The translations under genes were made by a program, and so were the position numbers. 64,000 bases of DNA from an uncultured virus (IMG/VR IMGVR_UViG_3300037067_004188). Taxonomy: Duplodnaviria; Heunggongvirae; Uroviricota; Caudoviricetes. Of this stretch, positions 1 to 9,968 are shown piece by piece (within the stretch, counting starts at the first letter, position 1; every line of letters starts with the position of its first letter). The stretch is from IMG/VR virus record IMGVR_UViG_3300037067_004188. One strand, given 5' to 3'. The notes beneath the pieces were generated by a model. That model worked only from the letters and a program-made list of their open reading frames with translations. It did not search any database and was not told the origin of the DNA.

Positions 1-1435
1 TCGTCTGCCAAACATCACTTTGACTTGGTGCAATAGAAACTGCCGAAATACCAGTATCTACGGCATTTCCCGAATCATAAAATGTAGCAGTTAATGTATT
101 ACCAGCAAAGTCATTACTTCTTACATTGATAGAAAATGCGTTAGTTGGGAATGATACGAAATCACTTGGGATAGTGAACTCATACCAGATGTTATAATCC
201 TGAGTAGCTGAACCCGAAGTCCATCTGGTGAAGTTGACGTAATTCGTTATGTCATAAATGTCTGATAGGATCCCACTGTTAGAAGTGCCATCTGGTGAAG
301 GTTTGTATGTTGATCTATATAATTCTATGGTTCTTGTTGCGGGAGTTCCACCATTTGCGGTTGGTAATGGGCTACTTAACGTAGCTATTGTACCCAACCC
401 AAGATTTGTTCGTGCAGTAGAAGCATCGGAGGCGCCTGTACCGCCATCAGCCACAGGAATATCTGTTCCCTCTGCACGATATACATATTTTGAACCTATC
501 GTCACCGCAGTTGGTATGTCCGTTGCTATGCTAGGAACACCGCCAGCACTCGTTACCAAAACACCGCTATTGCCTGTTGCTAATCCCGAAACTGTATTTG
601 CAGAAGCATTATATAGAAGCGTGTTTATTGCGTAGGTATCAGCGAATGTTGATGTAGTTGCTACAATATTCGTGCCATTAGACCGTAGAATTGTTCCTGC
701 TGTCGGCGATGTGCTTGGATAAGTTGGCGTTGACCAGGTAGGCGCACCCGATCCACCGCTTTGCATTATCTGTCCAGCCGAACCAGCCGCTACCTGATTA
801 AATGATGTAGTTGTGTCTAAATATGGTATTCCCCATTGCGTCCACGTTGACTTATTCGTCCCACCATTAGCAACTGGTAATACCCCACTTATGCCTGTTG
901 CCAATGCCACCTGCGCCCATGCGGGATTATTGTTAGTGCCTGTATTTGTGAGCGATCTAGTTGCAGTGGTGTTCTTTGCTAAGTTAGACCACGTATCCGC
1001 CGCAGAAGCGTAAAGAATATCACCTTGAACGCCACCTGGCATCCCGCCACCAGGTCCGCCCCCAGATGCGTTTCCATACATGCGGTATTCTTCTTTCCAA
1101 GTGCTTCCAGTATATGTAAACCTAATAACGTTTACAAGGCTTGCGGTTAGCGCGAATGTTCCACCAGAAGTAAAACCAGTTCCGAATGTCATCACTCTTG
1201 CCGCTGAGTCACAGGTAAAGAAGAATGTTACGCTATCGCCACGCACCCCGCCAGTCATCGTGAGGGTGCAGTTACCAGTAGCCGTCATATAGTAAAGAGC
1301 ATCACCACGAACAGTAGAGGTTATATTCCTCGTTGCGGAATACGCAAGAGTAAATCCCACGTATTGTTTATCTGCCGAGTATGATACCGAAGCCAAGAGA
1401 AAAAGGATCAGTATACTTGCAATGAGTTTCTTCAA
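1..1435 (-). CDS. Tail fibre-like protein, partial (runs off the window), with signal-peptide-like N-terminus
   Basis: Not in the ORF track. TTG at 1435 after AGGTGA; reads MKKLIASILILFLLASVSYSADKQ... with G/T/S-rich fibre motifs (LPVANGGT, VADGGTGASDASTARTNLGL); frame stays consistent to position 2. Confidence 0.75.
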   Translation of the reverse strand, partial: MKKLIASILILFLLASVSYSADKQYVGFTLAYSATRNITSTVRGDALYYMTATGNCTLTMTGGVRGDSVTFFFTCDSAARVMTFGTGFTSGGTFALTASLVNVIRFTYTGSTWKEEYRMYGNASGGGPGGGMPGGVQGDILYASAADTWSNLAKNTTATRSLTNTGTNNNPAWAQVALATGISGVLPVANGGTNKSTWTQWGIPYLDTTTSFNQVAAGSAGQIMQSGGSGAPTWSTPTYPSTSPTAGTILRSNGTNIVATTSTFADTYAINTLLYNASANTVSGLATGNSGVLVTSAGGVPSIATDIPTAVTIGSKYVYRAEGTDIPVADGGTGASDASTARTNLGLGTIATLSSPLPTANGGTPATRTIELYRSTYKPSPDGTSNSGILSDIYDITNYVNFTRWTSGSATQDYNIWYEFTIPSDFVSFPTNAFSINVRSNDFAGNTLTATFYDSGNAVDTGISAVSIAPSQSDVWQT

Positions 1436-1444
1436 TTCAATCAC

Positions 1445-1810
1445 CTACTTGTAATAAATTCGGATTTTTAGTTTCTTGGTATTACCAGCATTGGTTATAA
1501 GGATATTTAAGGGACCGTTATTAGCCAATCTTGGCGTTAATTCACCCAAGACTGTTGCGTTGGAACAATTTGCCCCTGACCCCTGCAATATATCATAAAC
1601 GTCTTTATCGTTAATAACCACGTCAAATGCGTCATCTGGTTGATCGGCGTCTGTATTGGGGATAATGGATACCCTTTCAATTGTACCAGAGATAAAGCTA
1701 GTATCATAATCCACTGTCCCATCAGTTGCGGTTGTTATGGTATAAAGACCGTCACTCATTTTACTACTTCGTGTAAAATCTTCTGAAACAACTTGTGCCA
1801 TTTCGATCAC
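1445..1810 (-). CDS. Hypothetical virion-associated beta-rich protein
   Basis: 121-aa ORF overlapping the stop of the upstream gene in the structural operon. Confidence 0.55.
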   Translation of the reverse strand: MIEMAQVVSEDFTRSSKMSDGLYTITTATDGTVDYDTSFISGTIERVSIIPNTDADQPDDAFDVVINDKDVYDILQGSGANCSNATVLGELTPRLANNGPLNILITNAGNTKKLKIRIYYK

Positions 1811-4800
1811 TCCTTATTTTGTAATATCTCAAGCCCAACCCGCCTTCCTACTGATTTTGGCTGTTCCTGAGTTGGTTTCGGTGTCTCCTTAACTTTTTTA
1901 GCATTATCATATACCTCTAAAGCTAGTTTGGCTTGCTTTGTGATTAATGTATTCAGTTCATCTATTGCCTTACGTTTCTTGTCTGGCGACATCTTTGGAG
2001 CATCATATATCGCCTGTATAGTCTTTCTAGCCTTTGCCATTGAGAACGCTATCTTAGTGAATCCAGAAAGGAACTTTGCCTCTGGATGTTTTTGTAGATA
2101 TTCTACTGCCTGTTTTCCCTTGCCTTCCTTCTGGAACTGTTTGATCGCATTACTGGATGTTTGTATATCATCATACGTTTTGTAGAATTTATTTACACTT
2201 TCCGATACACTGCCAATAGGTTCTCTAGCAACGAACCCACGAATCAATGGTATGTCCGCAAGTGTTTTTGTTGGCTGTGGTGGTTTTTCGACACCATATT
2301 TCTTTGCAATAAGATCGAGGCTATCTGTAAAATACTTTCCCATGCCTCCAAAATACCCACGTATAGCATTATCAATTTTCAATGGTGAATACTTTATCCA
2401 TGTGCCGACTGCCTTCGCTGTCTCTGACGAGTAAGGTTCGGCTTGCATCTCAGGCGGCAGTTTCTCAAGATTACTTGGCACGATTTTACGATTAGTAAAT
2501 AGATTCTTGTTCGCCCATGACTCTATCCCTGGTTGAATACCTGTTGGGATAACCCCAGGGGTCAATGCCTGCCATGCGGAATCAGCCAGCGTTTTGACTG
2601 CCTCTGGGTCCCTTTTCTCAACGTAGTCTATCAAATGCTCTGCTGATGTGCCGAATAGTATGCCTAGCTCAAACGGCTTCGGTATGCGGATTATAGGCGA
2701 ATCGTCAGACGGTATGATTATCCAGAAGAAATCCTTTTCCCATTGTGGCAATTCTTTGTATCTAGGATTATCTTTATTGAGCATATACAACGTTATAGTT
2801 GGTATCGTGATACTGGATATTGCCCTTATACTTGACTCTATGGGTCTATCCTTGAATGAACGAATCATCTTGTCAACACCCTGGATATTGGCATTAAAGA
2901 ACGCTATCAACTGATTTACTGCCTTTGTCTGAGAACCACGCCTTAAAAAATCCGTTGAAGCTTCCCTGTATTCAAACATTGCACCCAACTCAGATGGTTT
3001 TGGTTCTCCTCTATGAAATGCCTTATAAAGAATATCACCGCCTGATTTCGCTCTGCCGTATACACCTGTTCTAGTACCTTCCTCAAATAATTGAGATATC
3101 GATCGTACTGCTTCGATTGGGTGTTTCGGACTCCAATACTTCTGCCTTCCCCTTAGAACATCCTCTAGCGTTGCCCTTGATGTCATTCTATCGAGAGATG
3201 TAAACATAGACTGAAACGCACCTGACGCCGCCGCTTCATGGTATAATTCATCTTTTTTCAGCACATGAAACATGCCCTTGATGAAATCATACCCTGGATA
3301 AAAACCATACTTGGCATTGACAAAAGCTGTGAATTGGTCACGTATGGGGTTTCTAAACCAGAATTCAGGTATCAAAGTTGCTCCTGCCCTTAGAGTCCTC
3401 GTAGGGAACGATATTATCCGCATAAGCGTTCCCATATCTGCCTCATCCATGCCCTTTAATGCTGTGTGCAAGTCCTTCGGAACATTGTATAATTTCCTTA
3501 CACCATCCTCATATACAGGTATTTCGTATCTGCCCCTGCCTTCTGTTATCACCGTCTGCAATCTTGGATCAATATTTCTAAGATTGATCGTTGCATTTGC
3601 TACCCTTTGCCTTTCTATGAAATCCGTTATCTTATAACAGTTGGTTATAGCGTTCTCTAATGGGTCTATTATCTGTCTCTCTGAACCAACTATCTTGTGT
3701 ATTGGTTTTCCATGAGGCGTAAAGGCTTCTTTTGAAGAAGGAATAACGCCCCTACGCTCCATCTGATCCATTACTCTTTGGAACGGTGCGTAGAATCTGT
3801 TTGATTCAAGTATGTCGTCATAATTCTTTTGTGATAGAATTCCTATATCTTTTAACTCGTCAAGCATTGCACGTTTAGTCCAGTCACGAAACGCACTAGC
3901 AGTATCCTCAAAGACCTTGAAATTAGCACCATATTTATTCTTTATAGCGTTGATTGCCCTATACACTTCCGCCTGCTTGGGAGATCCCTTGATGGGCTTT
4001 TCCCTAGACATCAGTTCAATATCTCTCTCTGCTGCTAAGTAGGCACTGAAATCCTTAATATCCCTTGATACAGGCTCTAGCACTTGAGCAAGACCCTCTC
4101 CTGTCACCGTAGAACTGCCATCAGGATTACGTTTTCTAGTCTCTTTGAATATCTTTTCGCTTGCTATCTTCTCTACACCTGAATATCTTTTGGCAAGCAA
4201 CAACGGATTCTCGCCCTCTGGAACGTCAGCGCCTTTCTGTGCAAAGTTTGTTATCCTTGCTATTGGCTGATACCTATGCACGATGTAGTTATATGCCGTC
4301 TGAAAACTCTGCCATACCTTGCCCACACCAAACTTCTCTTTGTCTGGATCACTATTAATCCCTTCGGCATATTGGTTTATTACATCGTCATTGGCGGGAT
4401 CATCATTCTCTACAAGAGTATCTTTGGTCGGCTTGCCTTCTGTTTCCCATACGCCACTATCCTTGATTTTCTGGATAGCTTCCTCTCTGGAAAGTTTATA
4501 ATCTCTCATGTAAACCTTAATCAAATCATCAGGAGGATTGCTTCCGCCCCACGTCTTGGGATCGGCAACTTTCCACAGATCCCCTTCCTCAAATCGCCGT
4601 ACGGGTTCACCATTAAACTGTACGCGATACTCGGCAGGACTTGTCATCTCTGGTGGACTATATTTCACTACTTGCCCAATACCAGATTCAGGGTCATCAG
4701 GATAGAATACATGATCGCCCTGTGCTATATCTCCGCCTTCTATGTGTTGCTGTGCTATCTTAGCCTTATCGGGTATAATGGCGTCATGCAGTTCCTTCGG

Positions 4801-7800
4801 CTGTGGTATATCTAATTTCTTGCCCTTAACCTCAGTCACAAGTTGATTAACGACAGGTTCAACCTTCGGAACATTTGTTTTGGGTTTTATACTCAAATCT
4901 TTATATTCAGGCGATAATTCATATTTTCCACTATCTGTTTTTTCTTTTATCCAAGACTCCGCTTTAGCCTTGCTTGTTTCGTTATAGGCATGAGGTTCTC
5001 CCTTTTCATTGACGTAATCTATCCGCCAGGGCGCAGTTGTGCGTTCTTGGACTCTGGATAATTGCGTAATCTGTCTTTTAGTCGTCTTTGGTATTTCTAC
5101 GGATTCTATTTCCCCTGCCTTTGCCCCTAAGTCCATAGTGAATTGCGCTGTATCTGCAAGGTTCTTGTCTTTTAATTCCTTGTCTATACGTTGCCATATT
5201 TCAGAATCCTTATCCTCCTCATACCACTTATCCCATTTAGCTCTTTCAGCTTCTAGCTTTTTTACTTCCTGCTCTGTGGCATAAGCGTCTTTTAACTGCG
5301 CACCCATTTCGCCTGCCTGTTTCGGTCTTTTCAAAATACCCTTCACAGATAATATTTTATCATTAATCTCTTGCTTTATATCCTTGACTATCTTTGCAAT
5401 ATCATCCGCTCTCTTGAATAAAGGATTATCCCCACCACCGAACATATCAAGTTGAGAACCCGCTAATTTGGCGTCTGATTCCAGCATCTTCAATGCCTGT
5501 ATGGTATCCTCTAAGTCAGTACCAGTCTTGCCTGTTTTGGCTAACCTTATACCTATCGCCTGAGTATCATAATCCCCAGGAGCGGACTTCGCTATGATTT
5601 CGGTTTGGTCTGGCGAGATCGCTCTTGACGTGAAGGCGTCAAGCGTATTATCTGTGGCGTCATAGGATATGGTGTAAGGTTTCCCTGCGCTTTTGCTAAC
5701 TCCACTTCGCTTCGCAAGTTTTTCATCCTCGCTAAGTGTTGTTCTATCGTTTCTGAGGACTTCAACTCTATCATATATACTTCCCTTCCCTTCGGCTATA
5801 TTGATTTCCGCACCTTTGGCAAATGCGTCCTTTTTTGACCATCCAATACCATTAGGCGCAGAGGGATCATCTTCCTTTAATATCTTAACGGATATGGAAT
5901 TAACACCATTTTCCTTTGCAAGTTTCAGTCTATGATGTCCATTGACGACAATAGGGCGACCTTCTTTTGGTTGCCATACAAGAACATGCCCCGCTTTCAA
6001 TTCATCCCATTCACCAGCAATCGTTTCGTCCCTATTCGTTCCAGTAGCCATGTCATCTATACGTTTGAACTGCATTTCCTGTGGGCGAACATCAATATCA
6101 TTAGGATTCATCTGGACAGTTGGGAATCCTTCTTCCTGCAATGAGACATTGGCTTCCTCTGCACTAACCTTCGGCACTTCTGGTATGACTTCTGATTTTG
6201 ATATATCGTTGGAACGCACTTTTCTGTAGCCTGCTTCTTCTATTGCTTGTTGCCTAATCACATCATTGGTTATATCGGGGTCAAGAATTGTCACATATTT
6301 ACCATCTTTCTCATAAACGGCAGACTGTTTGAAGATATTTGCCATATCTTCCATGCCTCTGAATCCCTCTACATTTTTGGAGTTGTTCGTTCTATATGCC
6401 TGATTTGCTTCCGCTATGGTATCAAAATGCTTTCGGTCTGTAATGTCATGCTTCCAAGCATCTACCTGACTTTTCTTATTCATAGCCTCTGCAATAAATT
6501 TACTAGCTTTTTTGTTTAATTGTGAATCTGAAACACCCAGTCGTTTTAACGCCGTTATTTTACCATAGGAATTAATTGTGCCATCGGGTTCTTTTATCAT
6601 ATAGACATGCACAATCTCCCTGCCCGATCCTTTGCTTATTTCCGATCTTTCCCAATCGCTGACTTTTGCACCAACCAAACCGCCATCGTGATAGCTGTAT
6701 TTTTCCCCTTCCGTTGAAATCCACCGATAGCCTACAAGTTCAGGTTTACCCGTTGCCGTTGGTTCAGGCATAGGCTTCGGCGTTTCTGCTATCGGTGTCT
6801 CTGCCTTCGGTGCAGTCTTTGCCAAGTCTGGATAATCAGGATGTGACGTTATCTTGCCCTCGTCTATGGCTTGCTCAACAGTTCTTTCGTGTGCATTAAG
6901 AGGAGTAGCCTCTCTAATATATGTATTATTTGCCTCACTAATAGCCTTATTGTAATCGTCAATGGCTATCTGGATTTCTGGTGTTATTGAATCTTTTTTA
7001 ACATATCGTTGACCTACTTTAACGAGATTATTTTTATTCATGGCTAACTGCACGTCACTACCTGAAACAAATATTTTTTTATCACCAATCGCATTTTGTA
7101 ATTGAGTTTCCGCTATTTGAGTTTGTGATTTTAACTCTTGCCGAAGTATCTTTTCTTTTTCAACCGCTTCCTTTTTACTCATCTCGTAAGGTTCTTTAGC
7201 GACTACCTGCTCTGGTGTAGCCTCTGCCTTCGGTGCAGTCTCAAATCGTTTTGGCAATGCTTTGTCATATATCTTGTAAAATTCTTTAGCATCCATCTCT
7301 GGACTTAGATTGCGATCCTTTATAAATTCATCCCATGCTCTAAACTTATCATAACTCCTAGCCTTATAATCGTCAACTAACTCAAAGACATCTGCGGTCA
7401 TTCTATTTTTAGGCAAAGGTTGGTCAGTCGCTTTTGGGGCAACTTGGTCAACCATCTGCCTTGCAGGTGCTTTTTCTATCATCTCAAACTTACCATTATT
7501 AGTCCATAATCTTACACTTGTATTTCCAGCAACAGGATGATCATAGAAAACATTAAATCCTTTATCGCCATTTTGATTAGTAATTACTTCGGAAACAGTA
7601 GCTTCTATCGGTATTTCATTCTTGCTGTTCGGAATAAATCTTATTTTGTCATTGACCTTTATTTCGTCAACTACTTGCTCTTGTGGTATTACGGTAGCCT
7701 GTTCTGGTATCGCTTCCTCTGCTTTGGGTATCTCTACTGCCTTCTGCTCTGGCAATGCCTGTGCGGGCTTCTCAATGGCTATCTCTTGCGGTATAATCTC

Positions 7801-9282
7801 TTTGGCGGACAATTCAGCACCCTTTTTGAATTTCAATAAAGAACCATCCTTCATCATTGTTTCTACCGTTTCGCTAAAGGTATAATCCAATTCTTTCGCT
7901 CTTTGCTGAACTGCCGATACTGCTTGCAATACACTATCATTTACCTCACCACCATACCCCAACATATCAGACATATCGGTAGTCAATGTTGCAACATCAA
8001 TATTACGACCCGTTTTTGGTACTAAATCAGGGAATAATTCCTCAAATATCCGCTCTTCTTCCGCCCTTACTTCCGCTGGCGTCATTTTTGCCTTTTGATT
8101 AGGCGTAGATTGAGCGAATGGTTCTATACGTTCTACACCATGAACTTGCGTTATCGGCTCTGTTGTGCTTGACGGTATCGCCCCTCTTACTGGCTTGGGT
8201 GCGACAACTGGTTGTTTAGGTGCTATCTGTCCAGTATCAGACGTATAACCTATATCTGTTCGTGGTTGTCTTATTACTTCTGGCGGCTTGGGTTTTCTTG
8301 CAAGACCTATTCCCGCTTGCTGTGCTGATGTCTGTAATGCCTGCCCTGGAACTTTCGGCGCTGGTATATCACCACGCAAAATTGCTTGTATGGTTTCTGC
8401 TGGTGTGTTCTGTGCGTAATATTTATACGCAGTAAATACCTGTTTCGCCGATTCAGGCGTCATTGTCTTGGCTTTGACCGCATCAGTCAATCCCTTCTTG
8501 ATAGCGTTATCCATAGCCACAGTAGCGACTTTCCCACCAATACCAATACCCGCTAGATTGATCGCTAATTGTGAAGGCTGTAATACCTGTTCGGGTCCAG
8601 TCAGTTGCTCAATGGCGTTCATTACTTCCTCGCCAATGACTCCAAGAGGAGATGTAGCATACTGAGTTCCCATTTCACCCCTAGCACGTCTCGTAGCTTC
8701 TGGCTTGCGCAGATTTGGACTTAAACGATTAATTTCTGCGATTAACTTATTGCCTCTATCTTCACCAAGTTTTGCAATTATCTCTGAATCGGGAGGTAGT
8801 TTCCCCTTGCTTGCCATATCACCAAGCCAAGCACGATCTTTCTCTACAAAGACTTTATTCTCTAGTTTGGTTACTGATGGAATGACACCCATAGTCTTTA
8901 GATAGCCAGCACGTAATTTCTGTGAGGTTCTTGCCCCTGCTTGCTCGCCCTTAACTATCGGCTCAATCAATGCCTTAGTTGCCCATTGTGCCATACTGGG
9001 TTTCTGTTCTTCTGGTTGCGTAGAAATGACTTGTTGTTTAGAAACAGGCACGATCTCTATGTTATAATTCTGCTGATATGATTGCTGAATCCCTGGAGTC
9101 ATGGCGTTCCAAGTCTGATCGGTAAACCTTAATGGCTGTTTTGGTTGAGCAGAGGTAGTCTGTGTTGGCGTACTTATGCCAAGTAACTTGCGTAAATCGT
9201 CCTGATTAGAGGTAGCCGTCTGTTGTGTTGGCTGGATTCCAAGTAACTGCCTTAGATCGTCTTGATTAGATGATGTTCCCAT
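1807..9282 (-). CDS. Large polyvalent (probable ejection/internal virion) protein with ParB-like domain and C-terminal LPD38-like domain
   Basis: 2491 aa; ParB/Srx-like motif PIVVNGHHRLKLAK; C-terminal YKELPQWEKDFFWII...RIPKPFELGILFG typical of LPD38. Confidence 0.75.
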   Translation of the reverse strand: MGTSSNQDDLRQLLGIQPTQQTATSNQDDLRKLLGISTPTQTTSAQPKQPLRFTDQTWNAMTPGIQQSYQQNYNIEIVPVSKQQVISTQPEEQKPSMAQWATKALIEPIVKGEQAGARTSQKLRAGYLKTMGVIPSVTKLENKVFVEKDRAWLGDMASKGKLPPDSEIIAKLGEDRGNKLIAEINRLSPNLRKPEATRRARGEMGTQYATSPLGVIGEEVMNAIEQLTGPEQVLQPSQLAINLAGIGIGGKVATVAMDNAIKKGLTDAVKAKTMTPESAKQVFTAYKYYAQNTPAETIQAILRGDIPAPKVPGQALQTSAQQAGIGLARKPKPPEVIRQPRTDIGYTSDTGQIAPKQPVVAPKPVRGAIPSSTTEPITQVHGVERIEPFAQSTPNQKAKMTPAEVRAEEERIFEELFPDLVPKTGRNIDVATLTTDMSDMLGYGGEVNDSVLQAVSAVQQRAKELDYTFSETVETMMKDGSLLKFKKGAELSAKEIIPQEIAIEKPAQALPEQKAVEIPKAEEAIPEQATVIPQEQVVDEIKVNDKIRFIPNSKNEIPIEATVSEVITNQNGDKGFNVFYDHPVAGNTSVRLWTNNGKFEMIEKAPARQMVDQVAPKATDQPLPKNRMTADVFELVDDYKARSYDKFRAWDEFIKDRNLSPEMDAKEFYKIYDKALPKRFETAPKAEATPEQVVAKEPYEMSKKEAVEKEKILRQELKSQTQIAETQLQNAIGDKKIFVSGSDVQLAMNKNNLVKVGQRYVKKDSITPEIQIAIDDYNKAISEANNTYIREATPLNAHERTVEQAIDEGKITSHPDYPDLAKTAPKAETPIAETPKPMPEPTATGKPELVGYRWISTEGEKYSYHDGGLVGAKVSDWERSEISKGSGREIVHVYMIKEPDGTINSYGKITALKRLGVSDSQLNKKASKFIAEAMNKKSQVDAWKHDITDRKHFDTIAEANQAYRTNNSKNVEGFRGMEDMANIFKQSAVYEKDGKYVTILDPDITNDVIRQQAIEEAGYRKVRSNDISKSEVIPEVPKVSAEEANVSLQEEGFPTVQMNPNDIDVRPQEMQFKRIDDMATGTNRDETIAGEWDELKAGHVLVWQPKEGRPIVVNGHHRLKLAKENGVNSISVKILKEDDPSAPNGIGWSKKDAFAKGAEINIAEGKGSIYDRVEVLRNDRTTLSEDEKLAKRSGVSKSAGKPYTISYDATDNTLDAFTSRAISPDQTEIIAKSAPGDYDTQAIGIRLAKTGKTGTDLEDTIQALKMLESDAKLAGSQLDMFGGGDNPLFKRADDIAKIVKDIKQEINDKILSVKGILKRPKQAGEMGAQLKDAYATEQEVKKLEAERAKWDKWYEEDKDSEIWQRIDKELKDKNLADTAQFTMDLGAKAGEIESVEIPKTTKRQITQLSRVQERTTAPWRIDYVNEKGEPHAYNETSKAKAESWIKEKTDSGKYELSPEYKDLSIKPKTNVPKVEPVVNQLVTEVKGKKLDIPQPKELHDAIIPDKAKIAQQHIEGGDIAQGDHVFYPDDPESGIGQVVKYSPPEMTSPAEYRVQFNGEPVRRFEEGDLWKVADPKTWGGSNPPDDLIKVYMRDYKLSREEAIQKIKDSGVWETEGKPTKDTLVENDDPANDDVINQYAEGINSDPDKEKFGVGKVWQSFQTAYNYIVHRYQPIARITNFAQKGADVPEGENPLLLAKRYSGVEKIASEKIFKETRKRNPDGSSTVTGEGLAQVLEPVSRDIKDFSAYLAAERDIELMSREKPIKGSPKQAEVYRAINAIKNKYGANFKVFEDTASAFRDWTKRAMLDELKDIGILSQKNYDDILESNRFYAPFQRVMDQMERRGVIPSSKEAFTPHGKPIHKIVGSERQIIDPLENAITNCYKITDFIERQRVANATINLRNIDPRLQTVITEGRGRYEIPVYEDGVRKLYNVPKDLHTALKGMDEADMGTLMRIISFPTRTLRAGATLIPEFWFRNPIRDQFTAFVNAKYGFYPGYDFIKGMFHVLKKDELYHEAAASGAFQSMFTSLDRMTSRATLEDVLRGRQKYWSPKHPIEAVRSISQLFEEGTRTGVYGRAKSGGDILYKAFHRGEPKPSELGAMFEYREASTDFLRRGSQTKAVNQLIAFFNANIQGVDKMIRSFKDRPIESSIRAISSITIPTITLYMLNKDNPRYKELPQWEKDFFWIIIPSDDSPIIRIPKPFELGILFGTSAEHLIDYVEKRDPEAVKTLADSAWQALTPGVIPTGIQPGIESWANKNLFTNRKIVPSNLEKLPPEMQAEPYSSETAKAVGTWIKYSPLKIDNAIRGYFGGMGKYFTDSLDLIAKKYGVEKPPQPTKTLADIPLIRGFVAREPIGSVSESVNKFYKTYDDIQTSSNAIKQFQKEGKGKQAVEYLQKHPEAKFLSGFTKIAFSMAKARKTIQAIYDAPKMSPDKKRKAIDELNTLITKQAKLALEVYDNAKKVKETPKPTQEQPKSVGRRVGLEILQNKE

Positions 9283-9331
9283 GTTTACCTACTTATTTGA
9301 CTTATCGCTGTCAACATTTTTTATAATAAGC

Positions 9332-9468
9332 GGTGAGTTTTTTCCACCACTTATTGAAAAAGCGGTGAGTTTTTACTACCACCAATCCGTGAAAGTTTAA
9401 TTTTCCAGTGACATTTTTCTCACCGCTTTGCCATTTTCAATCAATTTTCCAGTGACATAAAACTCACC
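9332..9468. repeat. Array of four 17-18 bp quasi-palindromic sites (GGTGAG-N6 type), cassette 1
   Basis: ggtgagttttttccacc 9332, ggtgagtttttactacc 9364, agtgacatttttctcacc 9407, agtgacataaaactcacc 9451; spacing 32/43/44 bp. Confidence 0.85.
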
Positions 9469-9488
9469 TATTTAATATCTATTGCCAT

Positions 9489-9842
9489 CTACTCTAGCCA
9501 CTTAGTATTAAACTTGTACTTAGATGCACAACCATTAAAACATCTTGTAACAGAAATAAAGTCCTTTTCTTCTAGTTCTTTAATGGCGTCAGCGATTACT
9601 CTACGATCCATCTTTATTATCTTTTGCATCTCTCGGTAAGAAAACACTCTTTCTTTATTTACTTTTTCTTTTTCTCTATTCCATCTTGTTAGCAATAATA
9701 AATAAAGACATCTGCTCGAATATTTCAGAGAATTGAATTCTTCACTTAAAATTGTCGAATGTGGTAATTGTAAAAATGAACCATTTACTTTCAGATAATC
9801 AGTCGGTCTGTTCTTTTCTTTTTTCCTAGACACATAAATCAT
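9489..9842 (-). CDS. Stand-alone winged-HTH protein (replication-initiator N-terminal-like), cassette 1
   Basis: FLQLPHS..EEFNSL..SRCLYLLL..FSYREMQKIIKMDRRVIADAIKELEEKDFI; paralogue of 18795..19145. Confidence 0.8.
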   Translation of the reverse strand: MIYVSRKKEKNRPTDYLKVNGSFLQLPHSTILSEEFNSLKYSSRCLYLLLLTRWNREKEKVNKERVFSYREMQKIIKMDRRVIADAIKELEEKDFISVTRCFNGCASKYKFNTKWLE

Positions 9843-9921
9843 CCTCCATTCGTAAGAATTAGTAGCGACTACTCGAATGGATAGGACGCTTGCAAGAACG
9901 CCCTAGTAGTCACTACTAATT
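9843..9921 (-). promoter_or_regulatory. Structured 5' leader (long stem; loop segment complementary to the SD region), copy 1
   Basis: Arms 9905-9921 / 9857-9873; transcript loop UCCAUUCG complementary to CGAAUGGA overlapping GGAGG. Confidence 0.7.
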
Positions 9922-9931
9922 GTGTCTTAAT

Positions 9932-9960
9932 ATTATAACTTTTAATTATTCACTTGTAAA
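9932..9960 (-). promoter_or_regulatory. Sigma70-like promoter for cassette 1
   Basis: TTTACA-17 bp-TATAAT on the minus strand just upstream of the leader. Confidence 0.65.
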
Positions 9961-9968
9961 TTGTCTTT

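Noticed and set aside
258..1292. Plus-strand ORFs here and most short antisense ORFs in the track
   Set aside because: Shadows of longer opposite-strand genes with coherent motifs and SD sites
9332..9468. Repeat arrays (also 18636-18774 and 59164-59319) as CRISPR or other guide arrays
   Set aside because: Units are short degenerate palindromes, spacers are conserved between copies rather than variable, and no Cas-like gene was seen
9300..9488. Cassette tails as frameshifted C-terminal remnants of full initiator genes
   Set aside because: The frames I traced in copy 1 hit stops quickly, and the stop codon and downstream sequence are conserved in both copies; distant ancestry from a full gene is not excluded
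9298..9930. Cassettes as IS elements
   Set aside because: No transposase motif, terminal inverted repeats or target duplications recognised
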